Source: Octopus vulgaris
Taxonomy: Eukaryota
Direction of reading: 5' to 3'
Length of the DNA: 64,000 bases
Assembly: GCA_951406725.2 (NCBI GenBank)
Contig: OX597817.1
Coordinates: 111,352,001-111,416,000, forward strand
In this document: one piece after another, positions 11,759-26,244 of the stretch
How positions within the stretch are numbered: the first letter of the stretch is position 1
Layout of the letters: every line of letters starts with the position of its first letter
Notes under the pieces: generated by a model
What the model was told of the DNA's origin: nothing
The model's database searches: none
What the model saw: the letters and a program-made list of their open reading frames with translations, nothing else
Position numbers and translations under genes: made by a program

Positions 11759-13789
11759 ATAAATTTGAAGCTTTGTGAGTCTACCATGTAAGAAGAAAGC
11801 AATATGATAAAGATTGTCGAATTGTTGAGTCATAGCATGTTACTTGAATTGCTTACTCAGCAAAGATGTGATGCTGTGTGCTGAGTTCTTGGGATTTATG
11901 GGATGGTAATATACAATACCAATGAGTTCTGAAGTAGTTTCAGATTGAAGTACAACAATATTGTTAATTTATGCAATGGAGCCTGTGAAAACTTTACTTG
12001 ACAAAAGCTCAGTAATAGCTTTCTTTTTCTTTGAAAATTTTGAAGTTTCTCACATGAAACACAGTGTTGTATTTTCAATAGACTTTCCAGTTAATGTGAG
12101 TTGGGGAGGGAAATCAATGTGATCCATTGTGAACAACTGGCAGAAATAATTGCAAAATGTGACAGCATCATTTCATTCTTTAACAATAAGAAAGTTAGAA
12201 TTTTAATAAGATGACACTCTGGCATTTATAAAGCTTCTGCTGTGAGTGATAGGAAAATGGAATTCTTTTTGTTGTTCTTTTCTCTCCAAGTTGATTTGAA
12301 AACTTCCAACTCCCCTAAAGTTGATAAATTTAGTCAGAATTAAAGGCTATTATTAACCCTACAAATCTTTGATCTTGACATGGTAAAAATAAACATTGCT
12401 ATTACCACCTTCTCATATTAAGTTATGTCCCTTTACATTGTGAGTTCAATTTCCATCATGGTTAACATTGCCTATTATTCTTGGAAGGAAAGAGGGTCTT
12501 TGATAGCAGACATGAACTTGAGTTGCCTGAAAATTTCTGGCTTTCTATCATATTGATAGTAATTTACAGCATTGTCTACAATGCCTAGTCATCATATTTC
12601 CTGTATGTAATGCATATCTTATAAGTTCTGGGACTTTGTTTATGTAACTGTCTGCATCTTTTTAAATAGTTCCTAGGGTACTTAATAGTTATTATTTTTA
12701 GGATTCCCTTTTTTTCCTGACTGTCACAATCTGCTTATCTTTATAACTAGATCTTTATATTTGGATAATTTTCTATTTCTTTGAAAGATACCTCATAAAC
12801 TGTTTAAAGTAAAGAATAGGTGGTTGGAAAGAGAGAGAGTGAGAGAAAATCTGCTCTTCTCCAGTAAATTTGTTGATGATAGCAAGCAAAAATAGCAAAA
12901 TGAAGGGCTCTGCTCTCACAGAGAATAATACTTGGGCGATGAAGGTGATTGTAGTGGATTTGTTGGGAAGACACTCTTGTATCAAGTGGACTGTATTACC
13001 ATTCACTTGTATACTGTATATACATTTTATCTCATTCATTTTATTCTTGATTTGTATTCTGTGTAAGCCCCAACACTTTATGTAACCTGTTTTTGTATTG
13101 CCCCACCATTTGTCCAATACCCTTATAACAAATAGATAAAATCAGCAGTAGCAGTTGTAGAGACATTGCCATGAAGAGGACAGTAGCAGTAACAGTGGTA
13201 GGGGATTGGCTACTCTGCTGTAATTTTTTCGAGTCCAGTTTTGTGCTGTGAAAGAATAAAATACACCACTGGTATTTAAATTCTTTATTGCAGATGGATG
13301 AGAGACAAAGTTAATCCTGACAGAATATTTACTCATCCAGAAACTGTGTTATATTAACTTGAACTAATTATAACAAACCTTCTAAATAAGCACTCAACAG
13401 CTTACACCTACTCCTCTATTCTAATTATAATAGTTTCATACCAGCATGTATAAGACCTTCAGATGATAAGGCAGAAGAAACGTGAGATAGTATGACATTC
13501 ATGTCTTTTCTCTAGTTCAGGGTTCTATGAGATGCAAGTTAAGTAAAATGACTAAAATCTACTATCTTGCATTTTTTTAAGGTGGTAGGCAGAGCCTCTA
13601 AGAGAAATTTGGCAAAGCATAATAATACTATCTTCAGTCCCATGTGGAGGAATCTTCTCAAAATTTGTACCTAATTTGAAAAATAAGTACCACATACTTT
13701 TAGTCCAATTTATAAGACATGTCCCATCATAAAGATGAATTAAGATAAAAACACTAATTTAATACTTCGTTTGCTTATAGTACATGAAA

Positions 13790-14400
13790 CTAATAAAAGT
13801 GATCTCCTTTCATGTCATGAATCTATTTGTTCAAACAGACAGGTGGGTCTTCTCCAGCATCACCTGTCACGGTTTCTTTGTCATTTCCAATGTAAAATTC
13901 AAGCTTTTTGAGATTGGTCTTCAGCACTTCACTCCATGTCTTCCTATCACAGGTTCCATACACTTCAAGCATTCAGCACTTCTTTATTCAATTAGCACCC
14001 TTCATTCACATCACAGGTTCCATACACTTCAAACATTCAGCACTTCTTTATTCAATTAGCACCCTTCATTCACATCACATGTCCATATCAATGCAGTCTT
14101 CTTTCTTGCATAATAACATCAGATTCTCCTTTTATTTAACTTTGCTCTCACCTTGTTTGTGATCTGTTGTTCTTGCTCAGTAACATTACATCATAAATCC
14201 ATAAGAGCAGGTTGTTCTTACTAGCCATTGCAAATTTTTTGCAATCAAGACCCACATCACATTACCATACAGTATACTGCACTTTATACATAAGTGTCAT
14301 ACAGTTTGCCCTTTACTCTGACAGTGAAACCCTTTATTAGTAGTGTAGAGTAAATGGAATGTGTAAAAATACAAAAAGTTAAAACATTGCTTTAGTGGAA
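13790..14400 (-). mobile_element. Degenerate RTE-clade LINE RT C-terminal fragment
   Basis: Minus strand near 14250-14330 reads GFTVRVKGKLYDTYV*SAV, resembling the RTE thumb motif xxSLRVKGRLYxACVRxAMLYGSETW. Confidence 0.55.
13946..14079. repeat. 64-bp tandem duplication
   Basis: atcacaggttccatacacttcaa(g/a)cattcagcacttctttattcaattagcacccttcattcac twice (13946-14009, 14010-14073) with one mismatch. Confidence 0.95.
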
Positions 14401-14839
14401 ACTTATCAGAACACGCATGAACATATGTTTGACAAGCACACATACACATATACTTCTGTCTGTCTGTCTGCCCGACAGACACATAGATAGATAGAGATAG
14501 ATAAAGCACAGGTGAACTACTGCTTATAGTTATCAGTGCTATGTGTGGGAGGAAGGTATGTATGCACACATACACATGCACACGAGTGCAATGAACTATT
14601 TGTAATAGCTGCCAGCTGTATGTGTGTGTATGTGCAGGGGAATGTATATATGCATACATGTGTGTGCACAGCCATATAAACATAGGAAGAGATGAATTAC
14701 CTACAATAGTTATCAGGTGTGTGTGTGTTTGTGTGTGTGTGTATATACACACATGTATATATATGTATGTATATATATATATATATATAATGTGAAATAG
14801 AAAGATGAATAATCTTGTAGTAGATTAATCAAAAGTTTA

Positions 14840-15140
14840 ACCGATACCTTAGTAGCAAAAATCACAGCAGTAAAACAGCACGGTTGGAGGTACAACCATA
14901 TGGTGTTGCAACCGTGCGTTGGTGCGGATAATTGAAATTAGAACATTATTGGTGAATTGAATAGTTCGATTTGTTTTTGCTCCGCCTCTGTTCTGTTTTT
15001 GTTTTTCCAACGGATTTCCTATTTTCTTCCTGAAGAGAAAGACACAATATGGTCCCATTATTCCATCGGATTTTGGTAATTTGTGCCTTTCGAAACACGT
15101 GTAGAATGAAATAAAACGATTTCTGTTCAATCTGCGTTCA
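14840..15140. promoter_or_regulatory. Small CpG-retaining unique segment; candidate promoter, 5'UTR or enhancer
   Basis: About a dozen CpGs in 300 bp of non-repeat sequence versus very few in the flanking kilobases. It contains a 9-bp perfect hairpin stem. Confidence 0.35.
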
Positions 15141-15167
15141 GCTCCATTTCTTCAATTCACCAATAAT

Positions 15168-15345
15168 GTTATATATATATATATGTATATATATATACAT
15201 ACATATATATATATATGTATACATACATATATATATGTATATATACATATATATATGTATATATATATACATATATATATATATACATATATATATGTAT
15301 ATATACATATATATATGTATGTTTATATATATGTGTGTGTGTGTG

Positions 15346-15380
<35 letters not shown>

Positions 15381-15530
15381 TGTGTATATATATATATATG
15401 TATTTATATATATATGTGTGTATATATATGTATTTATATATATATATGTGTGTGTATATATATGTATATATATGTGTGTGTATATATATGTATATATATA
15501 TGTGTGTGTATATATACACTGACACACACA
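15168..15530. repeat. Long compound (TA)/(TG)/(CA) alternating purine-pyrimidine tract
   Basis: Directly visible; it produces the YIYI/CVCV ORFs. Confidence 0.97.
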
Positions 15531-15805
15531 CAGCAATTATGTAGTTCATTTCTACCGCTTGTTTCTGATGGTGTTTCACTTTTTTTTTTATCATCATTTC
15601 TCTTTTTAACTCCAGAAAAAAAAACATACTTTTGCTTCCTGTTTGTTTAAGGCTTGCACAACAAAACGATAAAGAGTTTCAAACAATATCTTATTTACAA
15701 TTACATTGTTGCCTTACTTTGTGTGTGTGTGTGTGTGTATGTGTGCGTTCCTCTGTCTATTTAAACAGTTGGTTGTATGCTTTGATAAATTTACATGTTT
15801 CTACC

Positions 15806-15841
<36 letters not shown>

Positions 15842-16424
15842 GTGGGGGGAGGGCAAGTCTGTATATTTGTGTTGTGTTGGGTTCACTACAAAGGTTTTTT
15901 TTCATTCATTCCATTTACTCTATATAACTCATACTGATAAGAGGTGGAGGCAAGGGAGAGTAATCATTTAGATAATTTCCAAATCCTTCTCCTAACCACC
16001 TCACGACTTTCTACATCAAAATACAAATAGCTAAGTGGATTTAAAGAAAGGTTAAAATAGATTCCAGCCAAGCACAGTGTAATGAGGAAGACAGTAGGAA
16101 GGAAAATGGAAGGAAGTTGATAAAATTATAACAGTAGTAATAAATGTATATCTACCATTGCTATCAGTGAGATAATAAATAGGTAGCAAGGTGGGGGTGA
16201 TAGGAGAATAAAATGTTTAAGATGGCTTCAGTTGGCATGAAAGTGTATGGAAATATTTTATATTTCTGTCCAGACTAAGCTAGAATAAAAATAAAATTAA
16301 GGTGTGTAGGCATAGGGGTAATAATGGTAATGATGGTTCCGTGATGTATCTTTCTATTTGATTTTACTTTTTAGACATTTTTCTTTCATCAGTGTTTGTA
16401 TTTGTATTGATGTGTGTGTGTGTG

Positions 16425-16732
16425 TGAAGGCGTGTGACTTGGTGATTATGGTGATTGGCTCATGATTGTAAAGTTATGAGTTTGATTTTCGTTGGCATAT
16501 TGTATCCTTGAGCAAGACACTTTATTTCTAGCTGCTCCAGACTCAGATGACAAAAATGAATAGTACCTGCAATTCAAAGGACCAGGACCATCCTTGTCAC
16601 ATTCTGTGTCATACTGAATCTTCCTGAGAACATCTCTGTAGAATGCTCAGCCACTTGCATGTTAATTTCACAAGCAGGTTATTCCATTGATCAGATCAAC
16701 TGGAACCTTCATCGTAACTGACAGAGTGCCAG
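16425..16732 (+). mobile_element. tRNA-head SINE family C
   Basis: Decayed tRNA-like head followed by gtatccttgagcaagacactttattt...ctccag. Partial copies lie at 9080-9215 and 2777-2877. Confidence 0.65.
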
Positions 16733-18051
16733 TATATATATATATATATATAGTCACATACACTCTCACACATACACACAGATATATATAGAGAGAGAGA
16801 GGAGACTGAGAGAATGTCTGTATCTTACATCTCTGTCATAGTGCATCCCTATCTCACATATCCCACACATCATGTCATCTTATTTCTCACCAATCTATGA
16901 GCTGAGGCTGGGTATTATGCTGTTGCTCTCCATCTGCTCTTTTATGTACTTCTACATATCACCTCCCCACACCTTGTTCCACACCTATCCCCCCCCCAAC
17001 ACACAAATTGAGACTCACCATTGATCATGCCTCCACTTAAGCTGCTCACTAACCATCTCCACTCTCTTTCCACACTTTTGTGAACCTACCCATCTAGCCA
17101 TCATCGATTTCCTGTCCCTATTCTCTCTTATACCCACATTCTTGTATCTTGAGGGTATGCTATGACACCTCATCTTCACTAGTGTTTCTCTCTTTACATG
17201 GAGTAGCCATGTGTGGTCTATACAGCAAGGCAACTGTTCCTGTATTTCTATCAAACTTTAACCTCTCAACACCTGGCGCAAAACTACATCCCTCAAGACT
17301 GCACTCCCAACTCATTTTGAGGTGGGTTTGTCTTGTGAGATACTTGAGTTCAAAAGTAACAGTGCCATAAAAATATCATCCTGTAGACTCAAAACATCAG
17401 TACAAGAGAGATTTTTTTGTGTCTTTGGGAAGACTAGAGAGTCCTCACAACCTTCATTGTCTCTACTCACCAACACACTTGACAGAATGTATTGGATGTA
17501 TTTTATCATGCCACCAGTACTAGAGAGGTTTCCTTATCTTCTGCAAGACTAGAGTCCTCTCTACATTGTCTTTGTTCCTTTAAAGCAAACATGACAGAGA
17601 AGCAGAAAGAAGTGTGACTATGAGCATGAAGCAAGTGGAGAAACAGAGTGATAGAGTGTAAAGGTTGTAGGGAAGAAAGCAATTAGGAGAGAGACAGTTA
17701 TAACTAGATAATAGTTGTAAGAAAGAAACATAAACATATCATGTGATAGTAATGTGTGTGTATATATATGCACACACACACACACGCACACGTACACAAG
17801 TTTTCTCTCTTTTCCTTGTTCCTCATTTTTCATAAGATAAGCTTTATACAGACTGTTTACTTGTTAGTTAAATGTGGCTTTAAATTTTCTCATACCTGAT
17901 GATTCAGTTTATGAAATGAACCACAGAAACACTATATTTAAATAATGAGACAAGTCCCAGACAATCAACTTAATGCTCTTATCTTTGGAAGATACTTGCT
18001 CACCTACCTCCTGTGTTGTATCCTATCTAAATTTAAGTCGTAGTCTGTAAG

Positions 18052-18534
18052 TTTAACACTTTGCAGATCATTTTCTGAAATATACTGTATGTATTTCAAT
18101 TAATTTTGAAAATAATTAGAATGTGGAATGATTTTAAAAAACAACTCAGATTTTCATTTTTCAGTAAATGTAATCACAGGGAATTGAGAGACTCATTAGA
18201 ACACTGGAAAAATGCTTTACATTTTTGTTTTGGTTCTTTACATTCTGAGTTCAAATCCTATCAAGATCAACTTTGCCTTTTATCCCAAGGGGTTGATAAA
18301 ACAGAATGTCAGTCAAGTATTGAGTTTGATGTGATTAATTAGATCCCAAATCCACAAAATTGCTGGCCTTGCATCTAAATTAGGTGTTGGGAATATGACT
18401 AAGCAAAATGATCAAAGTTTCTCTCATAAAATTATGATAGAAAGGTTCGATTCAATTATGGTAACTTTTAAATGGTAAGTTTTATATCATGGTGCAAAGG
18501 GTAATCTCAGGTGATTTTGTATCAAAAGGGTTAA
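18052..18534. mobile_element. piggyBac-type MITE (family 2) interrupted by a family B SINE
   Basis: Ends ttaacactttg.. and ..tatcaaaagggttaa, related to 61964-62206 in reverse. SINE B sequence (cattctgagttcaaatcc..gttgataaa) lies at about 18175-18380. Confidence 0.55.
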
Positions 18535-21500
18535 TGTTTCAAATATCGTTTTGTTTTACTCTGTATAATTTGGTCATAATGCATCTTTTAAAATGTATTA
18601 CATAATACATCTGATAAAACTCAGCCAGCTCTGCTTCATATTTTTTTATGCTTTCTTTTGAGAGGTTTAGAAAATAGAATATTTCAATCACATAAGTCAT
18701 AGATTCAGCATTTGAAAAAGAATTTTTAATTGGTAACAAATATGGTAAAGTTACTAGAAGAGAAAAACACATAACAATGATAACATTATTCAACTATTTT
18801 AACTCAACACAAGCACTGAGGAAGGTTTAACTTGGCATAAAATGGCATGAAACTTTGTTATGGAAAGTAAGGAAAGCCAACTTTAGTCTCATTGAAAAAG
18901 AAAAAAAATTGACTGTCAGATGAGAAAATTCTAGTTTGTCATTAATCTTGAAATAATTTTCTAAATGTTTACTTTTTCAATTTTAGAAAAGAATAAAGAA
19001 TTTATAATATTAAGTATTTTATAGTATTAACTTTTGTAACTGTTTACTTTCCACGTGTGCATGTCGAGCATGCACAGATTAAATTGATTAATGGGTACAT
19101 GCTTCACTTTTCTACACTTGAAGTTTCAGTGAAGTTAAACAAATGAGATCTATCATAAATAGCAGTATACAGGTCAACTTTGTAAGTCTGAAAAAATGTC
19201 TCCAAAACTAGGATCAGCTTACAAGGTAGGGATAAAATGAACACCTTTACTGTTTAGTGGTAAATAAGTAGAGAGCAGTATTCCTAACAATCATTGTGCA
19301 CTACTTACTGTAACTCTAGCAAGTTGCTATAAATAGTTCCAGTTAAAAATTGAGTTCAGTGAACTTAGTTAATACCTTTAACAAATCAATTATTGGTCTC
19401 AAATATCTTGATTAAAGCTTGAGTTCAGTGATTGATTAGTGGTGATGCAAAATAATGATAAATAACCAGTATACTATGACAAGCACGTTCTGTTTTCAAC
19501 AGCTGATTGTAAGCACTAACTGATATATGCCACTGGCTGTTTGTTTACATCACCAATGGAAATAGTGAAGGGTGGTTTTAAGGTTGATTCATTTAGGTAC
19601 TTTGTAGGTGTACTATATTTTACAGTATATGGTGTGTGTGTGTGTGTATTAGAACAACCTTTGAACAGTTGTCAATGAGTACAAATTACTTAGACATTTT
19701 GGAGAAAGTGTACTGCCATATTTTACTATATGGTATATTACAGTCATCAGTTAGAATACCTCTCAAACAGCCATCCATAAAACATCTCCAGTTTGTTTAG
19801 GGATCAAACTATTTTGTAGATATAGGTCCAACACAGAATTATTAGCTAAGAATCTTAAGATCTACTTACAAGCAGTGTCATCTTGTATGCCACAATTCAC
19901 AGTATTTACCTGTGAATAAGATATTAGACTTATTTCCATAAACACTTTTTAGAGGAAGTGAATTCAACACTATTTGCCAATGAATCCCTTATCCCTTTTC
20001 ATATGAGCCCATTTCAGAGCATTTTTATTTCCATGGTATACAATCACCCATTTTAAAGCGTTTACTTAGAACTTTGTTATAATTTTAACATAAAAATCCT
20101 TTGCTATATCCCAAACACCAACTTAATAATAAAAGAAATTATTTTATTTAATCCTTGATTATTTTCAAAGTCTATTGAAACATATACACAGTATATAGAA
20201 ACATAGACAATCATTAAATATGATTGCAAATGAGTCACAGTTTAACCTCTACTTCCAACAATAGATTATACCACTTCATAATATTCATTTATCAACCTGA
20301 AGTTAACCATCAGGAGTTAAGTGTCTTGGTTGTAGGCTCTGTACATTGCCTTTGAGAGGATATAAAGTGCCAACTTCTCAGTTGTATACATTTGTTTTTT
20401 TTTTGCTTGCATGAATCCATTAGCTTAAAATTAACATTAAGCATGAAACCTGATTCACATTTCACCATACAAATTGTATTCCATAAACCTCAGAAAAATA
20501 TTCTCAGTTGGTATACCAACAATCACCACAAATAATAGTAACCAGTATATTTAAGTAATTCAGAAACAGTTGTAATTCATTCTTTAAGAGACGTCTCAGC
20601 TGTTCTGTTTCTATTGTTTCACCATTACTGTGTTTACACCCTCTTTAACCAATCAACCAATCATGAAACTACTCAAATAGATTTATCATACTAAATGAAC
20701 TTGTTATCTCTGCACGTTGTTTAAACCAAAATAAAAGGACCAATAATGGTTCTGTCCTTTTTCTAAAGCTTTCCAAAAATAAGCCTTTAATAGCTTTAAC
20801 CTTCTGTACATTTTGTTAAAACTTTTTTTTTTTGCATTATGATTTTAGAAAGAAAATTGTTCTTATGAGTATATATTTTTATATATTCTTTTTATTTGAA
20901 TAATATTGAAAATGGGTAAAACACAAAGCTGGACAATTGTTTTTATTTTCTTTTTTCTCCTTTAATTTTGTATTTGGATTAGCCTTTGTTTTTCCATTCT
21001 TTCATTTTTTTTTTTAAATCTAGCTTTTGTTACTAACATGAATAGTCTGCTTTTTTTGTTTGAAAGAATTTTATTTATTTTCTATGATGAAAATTGCTTT
21101 TTCGAAAAGTGCCTACAATTGTATTTATTAGATTTTGGCATCATCATCAACATCACTACCACCACCAACAACCCTATCACCTTCATCATCACTACTATCA
21201 TCATCATCAGCACCATCATCAGAGGATGCTGCATCTATATTAAATTGCAGATTAATATGATGTGTTCACTATCATTTTTGAAAGAATTCACGAGGCTTTT
21301 GTATAATTCATTGCATATTCCAATAGAAATATCCTCATTATGTCGTTGAGTTCCATATTCAGTAATACAGGGAAAGAGACATAAGAGCAATAATAATGAA
21401 ATAATAATAATAATAATAGTAGTTACAATAAAAACAACAACAACATGAGTAACAATAATCTCCAGATCAAAGGATGAAAACAGCTGCCATGTTCTCACCC

Positions 21501-22329
21501 TGATTATTAATCCTTCTCCTCCAACCAAGCTGAAAGTTTTAATAAAGAGGAATTTTTTTTTCTGTTAATATCATTATTCAAGTTTATATTTGTGAGTATA
21601 TTGTTGAGTGTGCATGCATGCACAACACATGCATGTGTGTGTGCATTTATATGCACAAACAATTGTGTTCGTATGGTTTAGTTATCTCTTGTTTTATGTA
21701 ATCCCCTAAATCTGTTTTAATCCTGTGTTGTTATTGTTTTTTGTTTTTTTTTCAATATTAGTATCTTCTCTCTTTCAAGTCTATTTATTGTTATCATGCA
21801 TTGTTTTAAGGTTTGTGCTGTCTGCCCAGCTTGAATCTGGCTAAATAAACAACTATTCTATTTGACCATTATAATATTTCCTATTCATTTATATTTGCAT
21901 GGTACTTTTTTTTCCTTCTCTAAAATCTATTTGTATCGCTATCCAGTTAATATGAACAAACATTGGTGAAAAATAGATTATTGTCCCAGTACATTGTATT
22001 CAGTTTCTTTTCTTTACTGTTTGATAATTTGTGCAAATCCAGTTAGCACTGGTCAAATAGACTTAAATTCAGATAACTCAATCAAATGTAAAAAAAAATA
22101 AACACCCCCTTCAAACTCAACCTGCCAAACATGGTGTAATTTGTCGCCTCATCTGTTAGCTACAAGGTGCAGTCCAAAAGTTTTGAGACTTTTTTAGTAG
22201 AGGCAGTTATATATCTGTCCTATATCATTGTAATTTTGGTATATCATTACAATACAACTTACCCCACTCACCCAAAATTTCAGGCTAGTACCTTTAGTAG
22301 AAAGGATTATTATTATTATTATTATTATT

Positions 22330-22556
22330 GAGTACAGTAATAATACACCTGTGAAAAGTTGTTGATCCGGTACCTGTGGTTTTTGTGGGGTTTTCCACGA
22401 GGACCTTAAAGTGCCTACTCCTATTGGGAGTTTCATTTTGTTTAATTTTTTCATTGTTTTTTATAAGGTTGACTTGATTCGAAAACCCTTTGTATCATCT
22501 TGTGTTGTCATGCAATTTTATGTGTCTTTATATTAGCCCTTGTGGCCAATAAAATA
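22330..22556 (+). mobile_element. Unclassified retroposed fragment between (ATT)n arrays
   Basis: Bounded by (att)n on both sides and ends in ..gcccttgtggccAATAAAataatt. Confidence 0.45.
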
Positions 22557-22568
22557 ATTATTATTATT

Positions 22569-23090
22569 GAGTGAGAAAGGAGTGCACACCATGAAAGTGA
22601 CACTGGGATAAAATATATAAAGCCTAGTATACCCCTCATGACTACCTGTCTGACAAGGGTACACCAGGCACATGCATCACAACCATATGTGCATGACCTT
22701 GCAGGTGGGGCCCAGTTAGAATTTTCTTCAGGTCAAGTAGCCCATCCCACTCAAAAGGCCCCTGAATAAGGGTTGGTTAAGGATGTTGAACGAAACACCC
22801 AGGTTTCCAGAGGAGAATTATTCAAAACCCAAAGAATTCCTCTCAACACATGGTTATGGTGTTCCCCCATTACTACTACTCATGATCAGAGATGCACATA
22901 TTGCCAGCCATTAAGGGATATTCTCAACTGGTTAAGGTCAAGCAACTGACAAGCAGATCTGTGGTATTGAGCAGAATAATTGCTGTAGCCCATCTTTTAT
23001 ACCTAGACAAAACATGTACATGATAACAGTTCCAATCAGTTAAGATCAAAAGCCACGAGAGCCACTGCCTGGCATTGTATCAGAACATTT
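22569..23090. mobile_element. Unclassified ~520-bp interspersed element between (ATT)n arrays
   Basis: Higher-GC non-coding block with sharp boundaries at (att)n runs on both sides. Confidence 0.5.
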
Positions 23091-23098
23091 ATTATTAC

Positions 23099-23138
<40 letters not shown>

Positions 23139-23698
23139 GTTAGGGTGGTGTATTGGCAGAATTGTTAGAGCATCAAACAAAACTGTCTTGTTATATTTGC
23201 TTACACCCATTTCACATTTTGTGTCAAACCCTACTTGAGTAGTGGAATCAACTAATCTCCTCTATCTAAAGCTGCTGACCTTGTGTCTAAATGAGAAGCA
23301 TTTTTTTCTAATAAGTGCCATATTGTCCAACACTTCCTTTTCTAAGATGGAGGGGTACAGTTTAAAAGAGTTGGTTATTATTTTTAGCATGCAAAATTTC
23401 TGTCAATGTAATGGTGACTTCACTCATGTATGATAACATTGCCAAAATTGTTTCCTAAGAACTAGACTTCCTCTTTAGGGTGTGAAAATATTCCAGCCCA
23501 GATTAGTTGCTGATCTTTTGCAAAGCTCGTGTAAGAGGATTACTGGGTACTCTATGTATCCTAGATGATGTTGCTGCTGCTACACATAAACATTTATGAT
23601 CACATCTAAAACAAAGCCATTCAGCTCATTGGCAAAGATTCATTCCTCAAGATACGGCATTGTTTCTTATCTGTGCCTCTTTTTATGCAGCTGTTGCT

Positions 23699-23734
<36 letters not shown>

Positions 23735-25394
23735 TACTACTACAACCGCTGCTGCTGCTGCTAATGGTAAATTTATGGCATACCTGTTAACACTGACATG
23801 TCACAGGTTTTGCATGAGGTGTGATGAATATGGAATAAAAAAATAGCCCTGCCGTATTGTGTTCTAAAATGTTTATTTAACAGCATTTATCTAAAACTAA
23901 AATGTACATATACATGTAATTAGTCTACTCACAGGATTATTAAAGAAATTAAAACTTCAATAGACTGGGCTAAAAATACTAACCATCACTGCCCTGTAGT
24001 GTTTTGTCTTACCCACATTTTGTTTTACCAACACAAAAGTTCAAGCTAAACATCAATCACATCAGTCTCTCCATTCTGGAAGTGCTTGCAAATATCATGC
24101 ATAGCACTGCCCTTGCTTCTCTGATAAAACAAAACAAAAATAAACACTACTCCCCATCTACTTACAGTCACTAGCTATCCTTCTCCATGATACTTATTTA
24201 TAGTTAGACTCAACCAGAGAAAAATAAGTATCTTTGCCAAGACTGCAGTGTTGTTAACATCAATATAAACAACCTTTCAACTTAGATATTAGATAAATCT
24301 TCAACACTGCAATTAGAAACAGAATATTAAGATATGTGACTTCATTGGAAAGATCAATGACAATAAAATGTATTGAATTGAATTAGATATTTAATCTAAA
24401 ACACTGTCTTATGTGTAGATCTAAATGGAAAAATAATCTCATTTTACAATATTGAATTGTTTACCAACTGATTTTTGAGAGTAGACAGAGAAAAACTAGT
24501 AAACTGGCAAAAATGTCTTCAGGTATCTTTAACCAATAATGTGTTTTACAAGAGAAACTGTTGCTAAGCAGGCTGTATTTTCTTGTGTATTATTCATTAA
24601 TTGATTATAAATTCTAGTGAATTTCTATCAACAGTCATATGAATTATTTTGATATTCTTCCACTTGAAAAATCTGTTTTTGTTTTCATTACACTAAGCTC
24701 TTATAAATCATTGGGTACTATTTGAAACATCTAATTTCCAGAGGGTTTTTTCACTTTTGGCTTATTGTTTATTTGAGGTCCATTACTCTCAAACATGAAT
24801 TCTGTCCATGATGAAAGAACTTGAAAATATTAAAAGAATTTTATAATGTGGGTGTTAAAATATATTAGGCTAAAGACTCATTGACATTTGTAAATCTTCT
24901 AATAGAGAAAAGCATGGCTTTTTTTTCTCTTTCATTCTAAACAAGTAATTATTTTTTTTAAATTAGTCAAAAGAGGAAGGAGAATGCCAGTGATCTCATT
25001 GAATGCTCTCCCAGACTAATGAAAATCATGCTACTAATGGCCAGCCAGAACAGCTACAGGTTAATGTCTGTAGGAAAATTAAAGGTCGGTAAGGAACAGG
25101 AGGCTTGGTTCCAGTAGTTATAACAGATTAAACTCTACTAATGGCTCTCTAAGACCAGATGGTGGAAACTGTGGGCAATAAATGTACATAGGTATGTGGA
25201 AAAGTTGACACCATGGCAAGCATTCCACAACTGTGAAGAATCCAGTCTTCTGTTTCACTGTCTTTAGCAAGATGTTCCATGCACCTCCATATGAAAAATG
25301 TGGCCTCTGACTTTCAGACAGATCTTGGCAATAAAGTTCCATTATCGCTATTAATTGGTTCTATGTCATATGGTTTTATGTCATTTAACTTTGT

Positions 25395-25797
25395 ATGGCT
25401 GTGTGGTAAGATGTTTTCTTCCCAACCACATGGTTCTTAGTTCAATCCCACTGTGTGGAACCTTGGGCAAGTGTCTTCAGCTATAGCCTCAGAACAACCA
25501 AAGCCTTGTGAGTGGATTTGATAGATGGAAACTGAAAGAAGCCCATTGTATATTTGTGTATGTGTATGCCTTTGTGTCCTCTGCGTCTGTTGCCCCCAGC
25601 ACCACCACCACCACCACTTGACAATCAGTGCTGGTGTGTTTATATCTTTGTATTTTGGCAGTTTGGCAAAAGAGATCCATAGGATAAGTACCAGGCTTAA
25701 AAAAGTAAGTACTGGGGTCAACTCACTCAACTAAAATTCTTCATGGCGGTGCTCTAGTATGGCTGCAGTCTAATGACTGAACTAAGTAAAAGATAAA
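25395..25797 (+). mobile_element. SINE family A
   Basis: Same head, body and tail as 6040-6420, more diverged. Confidence 0.88.
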
Positions 25798-25901
25798 GGA
25801 CATTATTTTGAGAATTTTTTTTAAAAGAATATCAATGGAAACATCTGCACTGTTGTTGACATTTATTTCATTTTATGTAGGTTACATTTAGACCTACAAG
25901 A

Positions 25902-25962
<61 letters not shown>

Positions 25963-26024
25963 ACAAACGTGTTTGTGAGTTTATGTTTATAATTATGTGT
26001 ATGCATGATGTTTATATATGGCGT

Positions 26025-26193
26025 AGACACAGGAGTGGCTGTGTGGTAAGTAGCTTGCTTACCAACCACATGGTTCTGGGTCCAGTCCCACTGCTATGTG
26101 GCATCTTGGGCAAGTGTCTTCTACTATAGCCTTGGGCCGACCAAAGCCTTGTGGGTGAATTTGGTAGATGGATACTCAAAGAAGCCCGTCGTA

Positions 26194-26244
<51 letters not shown>

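Noticed and set aside
15138-15650. Several overlapping 100-155 aa ORFs ([12 protein letters not shown])
   Set aside because: Translations of stop-free dinucleotide microsatellite. The same applies to ORFs at 9521, 36928-37381, 47657 and 55074.
22990-23090. 5S rRNA-derived head on the minus strand
   Set aside because: Only a vague resemblance; no convincing A/IE/C boxes.
25000-25360. CR1/L2/Jockey-like RT C-terminal relic (..SQRPHFSYGGAW..)
   Set aside because: A single weak motif, too decayed to call.
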